DNA of 63,117 nucleotides, the filler included, from Collodictyon triciliatum (Eukaryota): the NCBI GenBank assembly GCA_043381765.1. It is 6 parts of 6 records of this genome, joined end to end, with 100 filler letters (N's around TTAATTAATTAA, not from the genome) between each part and the next. Parts side by side here need not be neighbours in the genome. Positions count along the whole stretch, not along the records: positions 1 to 11,672 come from JBHJMP010002337.1; positions 11,773 to 23,400 come from JBHJMP010002338.1; 4 more parts are not named here. One strand, given 5' to 3'. Position numbers and translations under genes: made by a program. The notes beneath the pieces were generated by a model. It was not told the DNA's origin and ran no database searches. It was given only the letters and a program-made list of their open reading frames with translations. Below, piece by piece: positions 1 to 12,170 of the stretch. How positions within the stretch are numbered: position 1 is the first letter of the stretch; each line of letters opens with the position of its first letter.

Positions 1-113
<113 letters not shown>

Positions 114-165
114 CAAAAAGGAAAGAAGAGAAAGACAAAAAGTCTAAAACCATACCAACAAAGGA

Positions 166-2493
166 ATGCAACGCCCGACCAACACAAACGCAAACCTCAA
201 CGCCGCACAAACCAAGAAAGCCGCCCCAAAAACAACAACCAAGAAACCAAAGACATCTGCAGAGGCCGCACACACAGACACACACACAGACACACGCACA
301 GACACACGCACAGATGCAGAAGCTGCAACAGAAAGAAGCGAATCCGAGACAGAATCCTTCTGCAGCCCAACACCAAAGACCGCATCAAAGAAAAGCGCAC
401 CTTGCAACGCCGAAAGCCGCATCGTCCTTGGGGCGCTCGACTCAGCAGACTGGGCCGTCATAGCAGGCGTCTTTGGACTGAGCCTTGGCCTGTATTCGCA
501 GACGCTGTATCCGCACCTTCCAGGCGGAGATTCCGGGGAGCTGATTCAAGTGGCACACAGCTTGGGCTGCGCGCACCCGCCTGGATATCCGCTGTTTACG
601 CTACTCGGTTATCTCTTTTCGCATCACACGCTCCCATGGGACACGCATCCGCTGCTTTCGTTCTTTGCACACTCGCCAGCAAGAAAAATCAACTTTATGA
701 ATGCGCTCGTGGCCTCGGTTGCGGCTGCCGTGGTTTGTTTGACGGGGATTCGCTTCACTCGCTCTCGCTTTGCGGCTGCAGTGGGCGCGTCCTTGTTTGC
801 CTTCTCTGCGAATGTCTGGCTCTATGCAATCGGCGGGGAAGTCTTTGCACTAAACAATCTTTTCAATGCATGGCTTCTTGACCGCTTCGTCATCTTCTTC
901 TATGCTCGCACTGCACGCTCTGCATACGAGTTTGCTTTCTGGGCTGCACTGTCGCTCACTAATCAGCACACAAGTGTCTTCCCGATCGCCATCTATGCTG
1001 GGTACATCATGTTTCATCGCAGCATGCCCTCAGACGGATTGGAAAAAATCAACTTTTGGACAGTAAGGTATCCCGTTGATTATTTATGCCTTTTATTATA
1101 TTTATTTTCTACCATTTTCATATCTCTCTTTCTCTCTTTCTCTCTATTTCTCTCTCTTATTTTTTTGTTAATATTCTTCCTTTCAATTTTGCGCAGGATG
1201 GTGGAATTTTCATCTCTCCTTTTTTTTTTTTTAAAAAAAAAAATAATAATCGCACCATCACAACAACAATCGCTTTAACTCATTCCATTGCCATTAAAGA
1301 CATGTCATTCGTTTTCTTGGGGTTGCTGGGCTCGGGCTTTCTCTGTACGCATATCTTCCTTATGCATCCTCTTTCCATCCAATTCATTGTTGGGGTAACA
1401 CTACGACATTGAGAGGGTTTGTACGACATTTGCTACGAGAGGATTATGGAACATTCAAGGTTCTATAAAACCCAATTCGTTGTTTTTCTTCTCTTTTCAT
1501 TTTCCCATAATCCCGTTTTTTTTTTCTCTTCATATTGTTGACAACTCCCTGAAAGTCTTAACATTAACATATCGATTGATTTAAAACTATCGTTTCATGA
1601 AAATAGACAATTAAATAATTAAACAAAAATAAATAAATGTACTAGTTAGCATCGACTGGTGATGGTGGTTTCATCGAATTTATTGGGCGATACTTTCTAT
1701 ATTTTGCAAAGTAAGTTGATTGTGAAAAATATGTGTAGCAATCTTAGCGTGAGCAATCCTTTTACTTTTTTTTGTTGCTTGGTGTTCCCATTAACTCTTT
1801 CACACAAATAGCACTTTCAAGGACCTGGCATATTTTGGACTGCCTCTTGCTTTTTATGGGCTCTATACCATCTGGACAGAGAACAAAGCCTCAACTCGCA
1901 GGCTGGCTCATTGTACATTTGCCGGTATCACCACTTTCTCCTTATTTTGTTTAATTTGTTTATTTTGTTTATTTTGTTTATTTTTATCCTACTTAAATTT
2001 TATTTCTGTACATTGTATATTTGAATTAATTGAATGTGGTGTCATTTTGGTTTGGATTAACTTTTAAACGAATTCATCTGAACACAGCATATGCGTTTTA
2101 TTTAACAATATTCAACTACCTGGCAAATATTCCGCTCAATGACCCGATGAACATTGGAGTACAACTACGGTTTTATCCGCAGGTTTAGTATTATTAAGTA
2201 ATTTATCAGATCAAATATTTGAGCAAAAAATCAACAGGAACATATAATTTCTTTTTCATCTCTGAATTAGAAACTAATCAAGTTGTCTGTCCATTTTGTA
2301 GTCTACAGTTATTCTAGCCTTCTGGATTTCTCAGGCAGTCTCTGTGTTGTCATCCAGATTCGACCCGTTTAAGTTCTTTGCTATTATACTGATTGCTTTC
2401 CAGATTTCTCGAAACCATTGGTACATGGACATGCGAGAGAATTATCATATTCGTGATTTCAGTCGGGCAGTGCTGTCAAAATTACCCAAAGTA

Positions 2494-2574
<81 letters not shown>

Positions 2575-3497
2575 CATTTTTCCCCATCTAAGCCAATCCC
2601 AATTTTTCTTCTCAAATGCACTGCCAAAAATTTTAGTCCACTAAAATTAAAATCAATAGAGCTCTTTGCTTCTTTGCCGTGGAGACCTAGCAATCAATTC
2701 CTTCTTGTATGTGCAGGAAACCGAAAATTTTAGGCCTGATATTGTTGTTTTGGATACGGTCAGACTTAATTGTTGTTGCCTTTTTAAAAGCCATGACAAA
2801 ATATTGAGACAAGATATGGGCATTGGAGTTTATATTTATATCATTTTTTATTTTTCTAATATACTCTCATATTTTTGTCCTTATTCGATATATTAAAATA
2901 GGAGATGATGACTTGGGATTGGTTTTTAGAAATGCATCGCCAAAATTATCCTAGAGTTGACTTCCCTGGGAAACTCTACCATATTTATGCTCCTGGTTAT
3001 TTCCGTTTTTGAATGCATTTTCCTTGTTTTTCATTTATGTATTATTGAGAATCTGATTGCAGAAGTTGAAAAACACACAGGGGGGTTCAACATATCAAGA
3101 TTTATAGCACATAACATGCATCGTTTCTCTGGTGGAATCTACACGCACGGTGGATTTAAGCCTGGGTATTTCTTCCATTATTAATGTAGAGAAACCATCA
3201 AAGAAACATTAATACTTCACCATAGATGAATTTTTTAGTCTTATGAAATGAAACGAAACAATAAAAAGATATTTGTTCGACTACGAAAATGAAATAAAAA
3301 TTAATAAATGTAACATCTTCCGACCTCCAGCGATGAGAGCTACAAGGGCCATTACCTGGAGGTGCCCTATGGTTTATCAAACCGCATCGTGCCCGTCAGT
3401 AAGTGGAATCAAGATGATTCGAACAAAAAAATTTCGTTTTTTTTTTTTTTTTGGTATTGTTTTTGGTATTTTTGGTATTTTTGGTATTTTTGTTTTC

Positions 3498-3588
<91 letters not shown>

Positions 3589-4663
3589 GCGACCAGTTCA
3601 TCGTATAACAAAATATGTGATGTTTTTCAGTTAAAAAATGATGAATTTCTCAATTACTTGAACCTTCACGCACAGGCGTCAAGCTGAATATTGACCGATA
3701 TTATCGCGATGCAAAGAATTCATTCCCTACTGACGTAGAAATGCCACTCCCAAACCTCACTAAGTTTTCTGGTGAAGCCTGGGAGGTATGCGATAGACAT
3801 TTTTCATTTCACCTATACAAAATGTCTTACCCATTTGTTAATGATAAGAGAATCGGACGAATAATGGCATTTGGCTTTCTTTTTCCAGAGAACGATTTTT
3901 TCATATTACTTTGAACGATTGAACGGCTTTGCGATATATCTGATGCAAATGGCAGCGCAAAGAACAGACAAGAAAATATATGGGCATGCCGGTATTTGAA
4001 TGAAATATTTTGCTAACGTCGTACCAACATCGCAGAATGAGCTGAAATCCTTTATTATTACATGCGTTCGTCTTGCCACCCTCTTATATATGTTATTCAA
4101 AAGCAATGAATTTGTTGCATCTACAACGAAATGAACATTAGCCGAAATCTTCGACGATGTCATCAGAAGAGCTCCAGCAGTCGCGCCCATAGTAGTCCGC
4201 AATGCTGGGTTGTGCCACTCGCAAATTGTTGCTGGACTAGACCTCAGCGAACCTGTAAGGGTTCATTCCCACTCGTTCTTTGGCATTCATAAGGCACAAG
4301 TCTTTGTTTTATTTTCTCCTCTCTTACTCCTTTCTCTGTTAGCGAGCAATTCACCACTTGGAAGCTGCCATTGGATATTGGTCAAAATATGCTTCGGTAA
4401 GACATTTTGTGAATGAAAAAGAAAACCATGAGCCTTGTTATGGGAAAATTTGGAGTTTGCTTATTTTCTTTTCGTTTTCGTTTTTTCATGACCCACAGAT
4501 AAACCCAACAAACGACCCGATGCTTCATGAAATCGTTGCTGCTCTTCCAAAGTTCCAAGAGAATCTGGACCAAGCTCTTCGGCTGGCGTCGGTGAAGGCA
4601 AACACACAACAAGTCCAAGATGACAATTTTGGTATTTTCGATGATTTTGAACCCGCAGCTTAA
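166..4663 (+). CDS. TMEM260: TMEM260/DUF2723-family protein O-mannosyltransferase (multi-exon, multipass membrane protein)
   Basis: Exon 1 encodes the diagnostic 'PGGDSGEL...LGCAHPPGYPLFTLLG', 'EVFALNNLF' and 'LSLTNQHT' motifs. Later exons give 'WGNTTTLRGFVRHLLREDYGTFK', 'GDLAINSFLYVQETENFRPDI' and 'PYGLSNRIV'. GT-AG introns are present and the last exon ends FEPAA-TAA at 4663. Confidence 0.9.
1172..1205 (-). mobile_element. Micro-insertion family A, degenerate copy in TMEM260 intron 1
   Basis: Reverse complement TCCACCATCCTGCGCAAAATTGAAAGGAAGAATA matches the copies at 30093, 51054 and 51448. The TSD is not clean. Confidence 0.7.
2495..2572. repeat. (GTT)n intronic microsatellite
   Basis: Direct inspection. 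Confidence 0.95.
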
Positions 4664-5019
4664 TAAAATAAAGGGCCATCCCTATTTTTTTCATTCTTTT
4701 GAATACTCTCAGAACAGATTCCAAGTTTCGAAAATCCAACGCAATAAACAATAATCTAATACCTTTTGTCATGTTTTTTGTTTGGTTCTAAATGGGGAAA
4801 AAACCCCACTATTTTCCATTTTTTTTAAAAAAAAGAAGCTGAATACCACTTATATCTCTTCAGTACATCCCAATCAAGACGTCATATAAAAGACTTTTTC
4901 ATTTTGTGTGAATGTTGTTTTGCTTTATTGTAGCCAAGTGTCTGTTAGCAACCCGCCACTGGGTTCGTAGTAAGCATTCTTTGGTGTTATTTTTTGGTGC
5001 CAGATGGCCGTATTTTCCC

Positions 5020-8000
5020 CTAGTATAGGCCGGCCATGACTCCGCGAATCGTACCGCCACCAACACTTTCAAGGGTAGTGAAATCCACCACATATATTTT
5101 CGCCACATATCTTTCAATCCGGGCGAGTTGGCCTGACCTGAAGAGAAAAGCAACACCGTTCGCGAAAAAAAAAAGAGTGTTAACAAATTATTCGATTTTT
5201 CTTTGGGTGAGTATGTATTGCAGAATGATGTGCGAGCATCAAAACATACGTAAAGGCTTCGTTTGCTGTCTTAGACATCAAGAGAACTGTATTTCCTTCG
5301 CGATTGACAACTTCAACCAAACCACAGCAGAAATGGGTGGCCTGGTCATACGTGATATCAATGACGTCTCTTGGTTTCTAGTCCGCGTGATTAAAGTGAG
5401 TGTTTAGTCTTGCAATAGACATAATAGGAACCAAACAGGTTTAAGAGAATAATAATTATACGAACCATACAAATTACTCAGTACAAAAAAAAAAAAAACA
5501 TATATTTATAAACATTTCAAAACTGAATCCCAATTTTGTTTCCTCGATACTGCAAGTATAGAAGCGATATTTTGAGTGTATTCAAGAGAACCAACTTGTT
5601 CGGAACCCATACGCAAGGCAGACATCACGCTATCTCTATGCGATTCTTGGACGACTTCAGAACACACCACCACAAAGTTTGATGAAACAAAAAGCATATA
5701 TTCGGTGTAGAAAAAGTTTGGCTCCGTGTCGAAGTAGACTGGCTGATTAATATTATTATTATTTAAAGGAAAACATCCAATGAGTAAAATTCCAGCCCGA
5801 TGAATAGTCAAACAATTTTGCCGAAAACACAAAGCATATAGTACTCACCTTGTAGCCCAGTTTCTCGGCCCAGATGTCGACAAGCTCTTTGTTGCTTCTG
5901 GGACTCAGCCCAACAAAAACAGTCTTATTTGCCCTGTCCACTACAAGAGCACCATGCTCAATAGCTTTGGAGGGTTTCTTTTCAAAATCCTTGATTATAA
6001 GGGAAAAAATCAAAGATAGAAATAATACATAGAAAATATTACAAGTAAACTGTATAATATAATGTTTTTCATTAATTTTTCATTCAGAAGGATTACAGAT
6101 GGTGGCTCCAACTGTACGGCAGTGATAGACGAATTTTGTGGTTCCATTGTGATTTCCTCACACTGAAGAGAAATTGTAGCAGTAGCAGTATTGATTTCGA
6201 TATATATTCATTGAGTTAGTATTCATTGATTGCATTTATCAGTCATGTTGAGCTCACCTTGACATCTCCCCATTCGCAAGGTGTAAAGTTCAATACTCTG
6301 GTGTATTTTTTACGAAGAATCTTGATGATGTCTCTCCTTTTTTCACCACGTCTCGAAACTGGGTGCATAGAGTAGAGTACCAGAGTGTTTTCTCCGCCGA
6401 CCTAGAAGATGTGTATTCGTGTTACATCCTAGTGAAACCTTAATTTTTAACATTTTTTTTTTAATGAAGACTGAATAAAAACTCGTGATTACATCGGCCT
6501 GGGAATGTGTTGAGAACCAATCATCGCAGAATACAGCGTCGGGGGTCTACGTTTTTTTTTGTTTTGTTTTTTATGGCCAGAAAAGAATGAACAAATGAAA
6601 TTCACATATAATCTATACGGGTTAAAAGAAAAATACGTTGTGGAACACTTCGTGGGTGAACAAGAATACTGTGGCGCCAATGTCTTCTGTAATAACCTGG
6701 TACAAGGTTTTGTGTGTATTTTTTTATTCAGTTAATTATGCTGCATGCTTCATTTATTAGTTTGTGGCGAGGGGGTATAATTCAGTGAATACAATACCTT
6801 ATGTAACTTCTCAAAATCCCTCAGAACCATTTCACGAACCATGCGACGGCCGCTGCGGCTCTCAATAGACAGTTGAATGTCAAGAGCCTTTTTCATGAGA
6901 TTATTTGTCTCGACACTGGGTGGTATTCGAAATGAATGAGAATTTTAACTTTAGATAAAGATATCATTAAATTGCATGAATTAATCATGCTGTGCTGGTT
7001 TCCCGTTTGTTCTAGCTTTGCCTTTGCTACAAGAAATTAGCCTATAATCACCTCTGCTCACTGACGTAAAAGTTTACTGGTGCAATCATCAGGAAGTTAT
7101 TGGTGACATGGGGGTGGGAATGGTTCCTTGGAAGCTTTGTTATAATATGCGATGGCACGGACACTGTGATAATGAGTATTTTAGTGCTAGTTATTTTATT
7201 CTAAACCAAAGTGTTACCTAAAACTCATCGTATTCCACATTCATTATAGATAGTATCAGACTAATTCCTTTTTTCTTTCTTTCTTTTTTTGCCAACCTTC
7301 TCTAATGGCCTCTTCAAGGAATGTTGAGCTCTTTCGACTTTTACATATGGAATTATTAGGACATCAAGTTAATTATGAAGTAAAAATAGGGAAACTTGAG
7401 TTCGACGTATATTATCTTTTCAAAAGAAAAATGTTTGTGTACCTGACTACTTGAGAACAACAATGCAACGAACCGTACATAGCTGTCATGTTAGTGAACT
7501 TCAAAACTGTAATCTTTTGACATGAATGTATTTTGTCAGAAATAATAAAGAACTAACGGACATGAATATCATAACCAAAGCCGAAAAGTATACTTATTCA
7601 CATTTGCCCATATTTTAAGTGAGCGATAAAAAAACCCACCGATCCATTGAAATGGGGGGACCTAGCAACCTTCTTTGCTGATGCCTTATCGACCATGAAG
7701 ATGTGGCCATTCCCAATGTTCAACCCATTGCATCCTTTTTTCGAATAAAATAGTAATAGTCATAATAACAATCATAATAGCATTAATAGTAAAAAAAATC
7801 GTATCTATCGATAATATATTATGAATATTTTGTTTTTGATATCTGATTCTTTGCTTTATAGGACCTACCATAGTCGAATTGATTTTGATTGCTCAGCAGA
7901 ATCAGTTCATATCCATTCTCCACAAGGTATTGACCGTATTCCACATCGTTTCTGGTTAATTTATACCCAATAAAGTCGCCCTTCTCATCCTATCCCATGA

Positions 8001-10813
8001 TGGAGTTATAGCATAAAAAATGACACTTATAAAGAGTACTTAATTCCACTGTGATTAGCGAAATATCTGAGCCAATAAAAATAGAATATGAAACTATATG
8101 CTAATTCTTGACATCGTCAATATGGACAAGGATAAAACATGGAAATATCTACGTATGTATTGACAACAAACCACACAACGAGTGTACTCATCAACCAAGC
8201 GGCGAAGAGGAGATGCCTTAGTCAAATAAAATTATTTAATATCATACAGCCTGATTAAGAACATGTGTTTTATTATTTGAAAAGTCAAATTTGCTGTTGT
8301 TTGGGTTGCCTGACCTTTCCTAGGACATCCTCTAAGATGAGCATCACTTTGGGTGCGACAATGTTACATATTGTATCCAGATGCATTCTCTGTTGGTTGT
8401 TGTCGAAGTAGTCCTTCACAACAGCCTTTATGAGAAATATTCAGGTCATTATAAGTAAATCAGTGGGTTCTGTGCAATGTGGAATTATGAACAATTATGA
8501 TATCAATACCCAGGAACTTACAAATCGTGTTGTTCCCAGAAGGTCATTATCCATCAAGTAGTTGACAGCCGCCATGTTCGAGCGAAGGCCAATACCTTCA
8601 CGTCGTCAAATAAAATAATATTATTACGATACACCATGACAGATAATATTAAATATCATGGGAAAAACCACTTTAACTGAACCAAGATAACGAAAATAGC
8701 TACTGACTGTGTAATCATCTTCAGGGAGAGAGAGAGAGCCTTACCCAGCAAGCATAGGTCTCTCCCAGCAGGGAAAAAATCACCACCCTCCAACTTCCCA
8801 GGGGGTGGGACTTGTCCTATGATAGGCAGTCCCAGTTTTCGGTAGCAAAACTCCGCAATTGCAACCTTTTTTTTTCAATAGATAATGACATAGTCTTATT
8901 GATTAATAATGAAATAAGAATCACATATGTGCCGGGTTAAGGCTTTCTTCAAATAAATTGAAAATGAAAGACATTTAATGATATTTAGGACATCAACTTT
9001 ACCTCACGGTCACGACGAACAGAGCTCAGACTTCCAAGGACAATACCTTTTCGTGTAGTGATGATTTGGTCGCGAGTGAATACCTAGTTTTTTTTTATCA
9101 GATATGAAACCAATTTGTAAGAATCTTATTTAAACTATGTGTCAGCGGTTGAATCTTATTCATTGCCCATGAGGTTGGGGTGTGTATCTAAAGGCTGTGA
9201 AAAAGGCCATAAATAAGTGTGAAATTATTAACAAAAGAACGCTGCATACCAGATTGACTAGTGGTTGAAACGTATAGTTGACCGCCAAGAGATTGGTGTC
9301 TTTATCTGCCTTCTCTAGTTCAATGGTAGGATTTGTGAGTACGCAATCAACTAATTGCTCGTCGCTCATTTTCTCTACGCATTTTCTTTTGTATTCATCT
9401 CCAATCAGCTGTTTGTCCACCTCTAAAAATAAAAAAAACTTTTAAATAAAAAATAAAACACAAGGCAGTATTTGACGATTCACTTTCCCAATTTTGAATG
9501 GACTGATTCTCTCAATATATGTTATTATTACAAACCGCTAAGAGATGCCCCTCCATCAGGGCAGTTCAGTTTGTAGTTGATGCATTTGGTGGCCAAGTCT
9601 TCCAGCGCAACTCTTTCCTGAAAAATTGATTGTGTGAATAAAAATGAACGTGGTCATTTGAACAGAACATTACAAGCTATCTTGTGATGTGTGCTTCATT
9701 TCTTATAAATATTAGTGAGGATGTGATGCATATAAGACGAAAAACAATGAAATCTTATTTCCAGAGTTCTGTACAAGATACAAACATGCGCAAATAATGA
9801 TGATTTGAACCTTGACATTCCAGTCGCAATTCATCAATAGAATCTGGCGGAAAGTCAGGACAGTTACTCCATGCTTTTCTAACTCACTTCGAAAGCGACT
9901 GTGTTCATCTCGGGCGTGGTTCAAATCAAGCGGCCGTTCGTAGAGTGACCCATCTGGGTGAATGCTTTTAAATTATCGGTTAATTTTAAGACATTTTGCT
10001 GCCAATCATCTTGAAAGGGGAAAAAGGCCTGCTCATTAGATGGATGTTATTGTGAACTGAAAATGAAGCGATAATGACACGTCCCTTAGAAATGTAAATT
10101 TTTTATCAGATGAAACGTGTGGCATATCTTAGAATGTTAATATGAATGGGGATTGCAATACCTTCCCATCCAATTGCTCACGCTGGGTTCATGCAACACA
10201 ACTACTTGGGCCACGTCGTTTTCATCACATTGGGTGAATCTCCATTCGTCGTCGGCCGAGCCGTGGAATCCATGCGGAGTGACTGTATGAGTGAATAAGT
10301 AAGCAACAGACTGGTATTGATTTGCTTTATAAATCAAGAATAATTCAATACAATCGATAGCAGGCTGTTGTGAAAAAAGTAAGAATGAAAAAATGAACAG
10401 ATGTCCAGATAAGAAAAAATTTTATCAAAACAAATTAAAGCAAAAAAACAAAAACAAAAAAAAAACAAATGAAACCAAAATTAATTTTTAGTGTCAATTA
10501 TGAGACTGATGAAGGATAAACACTTTAAGAGGACACTACCAAAACATGTGCATCGCTCATGAACGACAGATATTCAAAGCAAGGAAAGGCAAAGAAAGGA
10601 TGAAGTCATAGCGATACGAATCTGTACTCCAATAGTTCAGTGATATATTAGCTAGAAAGGGATTAGAAAAGGAGTCGGAATACCCGGCGTCGATCCAGCC
10701 GAAGAAGGCCCAACTTGAAAAGAACCGCGTCCACGAGAAGACAGGAGCGCTTCCTGACGCACAGACTTTTGGATGTACTCTGTTGTGGTTTGGAAGGATA
10801 TTCGGCGACGCAT
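5020..10813 (-). CDS. Arginine deiminase (N-terminal) fused to a CtlX/amidinotransferase-like C-terminal domain; multi-exon
   Basis: Reconstructed exons: MRRRISFQ (ATG 10813), 'VVVLHEPS', 'HPDGSLYERP', 'VFTRDQI' (~9070), 'LEGGDFFP' (~8785), 'RMHLDT' (~8380), 'MYGSLHCCSQV' (~7465). The second domain has 'HVTNNFLMIAP', 'NWFSTH', 'SRRGEKRRDI' and 'VVDRANKTVFVGLSPRS', and ends 'ESVGGGTIRGVMAGLY*' at 5020. Confidence 0.85.
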
Positions 10814-11672
10814 GAGTTGTTATAGAGCGGCACAGAGGAAGCGTGTACAAGGGCAGCAACTCGAAGACATCAAAAAAAAAAAACTTTCACACTCAACACA
10901 TGGTACAAACCTTGTGCGCTTTTGGAAACAGACGACATTCTCGACACTTTGTTTTGTTCCTGCGAGTCTTTTGTGATTTTTTTTTAATTCGAATTCGTTA
11001 GTTTTGGATTATCATTTTTATTTTTGTTAGTTTTGACTTGCTCGTGGGGTGGGAGCCGCAGCCTGTGGGCTTTATGGTGTTTGATGCTCTCTGCTGTTTG
11101 CTTCTTTCAACAACCCGTCACTTCTCTTTCTGCGGTGCCTTTGAATGGCGCTTTGTTCCGCTTTGGCATTTTGCGTCGCGTCGGTGGTTTGCTTCGGTTT
11201 GTGCGAGTTTTCTTTTCTTTTTTTTTTTTAATCAGATGCACCACAGATGAAGCGACGCCACATTCAATGAAAATGTGCGATTGTGGATGTCAAATGCTGA
11301 ATAAGATTTCGTGGATATGGTAGGAGCATGCTCTGAACATATATAACGGCATCTTACATGGTATCACCAACTAGCTTTACATAGTTTTTTTTTGATTTTT
11401 GTGTTTATTTCTTTATTTGTTTATTTGTTTTAGTTTTTTATGTTTTTTATGTTTTTTTTTGTTTTTTATGTTTTTTATGTTTTTTATGTTTTTTAAGTTT
11501 TTTATGTTTTTTATGTTTTTTAAGTTTTTTTAAGTTTTTTTAAGTTTTTTTAAGTTTTTTTAAGTTTTTTTAAGTTTTTTATGTTTTTTATGTTTTTTTA
11601 TGTTTTTTTATGTTTTTTTATGTTTTTTTATGTTTTTTTATGTTTTTTTATGTTTTTTTATGTTTTTTTATG

Positions 11673-11772
11673 NNNNNNNNNNNNNNNNNNNNNNNNNNNN
11701 NNNNNNNNNNNNNNNNTTAATTAATTAANNNNNNNNNNNNNNNNNNNNNNNNNNNNNNNNNNNNNNNNNNNN
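11673..11772. other. Artificial contig linker (N44-TTAATTAATTAA-N44)
   Basis: 100-nt spacer with stop codons in all frames, identical at five positions in the window. Confidence 0.97.
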
Positions 11773-11874
11773 ACAATAAACCGAATACAATAAACCGAAT
11801 ACAATAAACCGAATACAATAAACCGAATACAATAAACCGAATACAATAAACCGAATACAATAAACCGAATACAA
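11773..11874. repeat. 14-bp minisatellite (ACAATAAACCGAAT)n at contig start
   Basis: About 7 tandem copies. Confidence 0.9.
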
Positions 11875-12170
11875 CAAATTTAACATAGAACATTAAAATA
11901 AAAACAAAGGAAAAAGGCGAACGATAAAATTCGTCCCCAAATTCTAAGCAACTTGTATTCAAAAGCATGCATTAGCTATATGAATATATATATATATATT
12001 GAAAAAATCGGGGCATCAGCTCGTTTAATATTCATTGAATTGTTATTTTGATAGAAAGAAACCCTCTGCATTAAATGCTAACGGTCTTACTTTTTTCCAA
12101 GATTTTTTATTGTTTCTGCAAAGTATATTTAATTACTGATTTGTTATTTTTATTCCCCCTCCGAAAAAAA

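Noticed and set aside
2344-3687. Poly-Cys/Val/Gln/Phe/Lys ORFs in the ORF track (also at ~15.4, 16.5, 26.7, 32.9, 38.8 and 53.2 kb)
   Set aside because: They are translations of intronic or intergenic microsatellites and homopolymers.
11717-11728. TTAATTAATTAA motif recurring every ~11.7 kb as a possible biological periodic element
   Set aside because: It is embedded in fixed N44 runs and is an all-frame-stop assembly linker.
11773-11874. 14-bp tandem repeat at a contig end as a telomere
   Set aside because: It is not a G-rich telomeric unit and occurs only once. Most contigs here end in some simple repeat.
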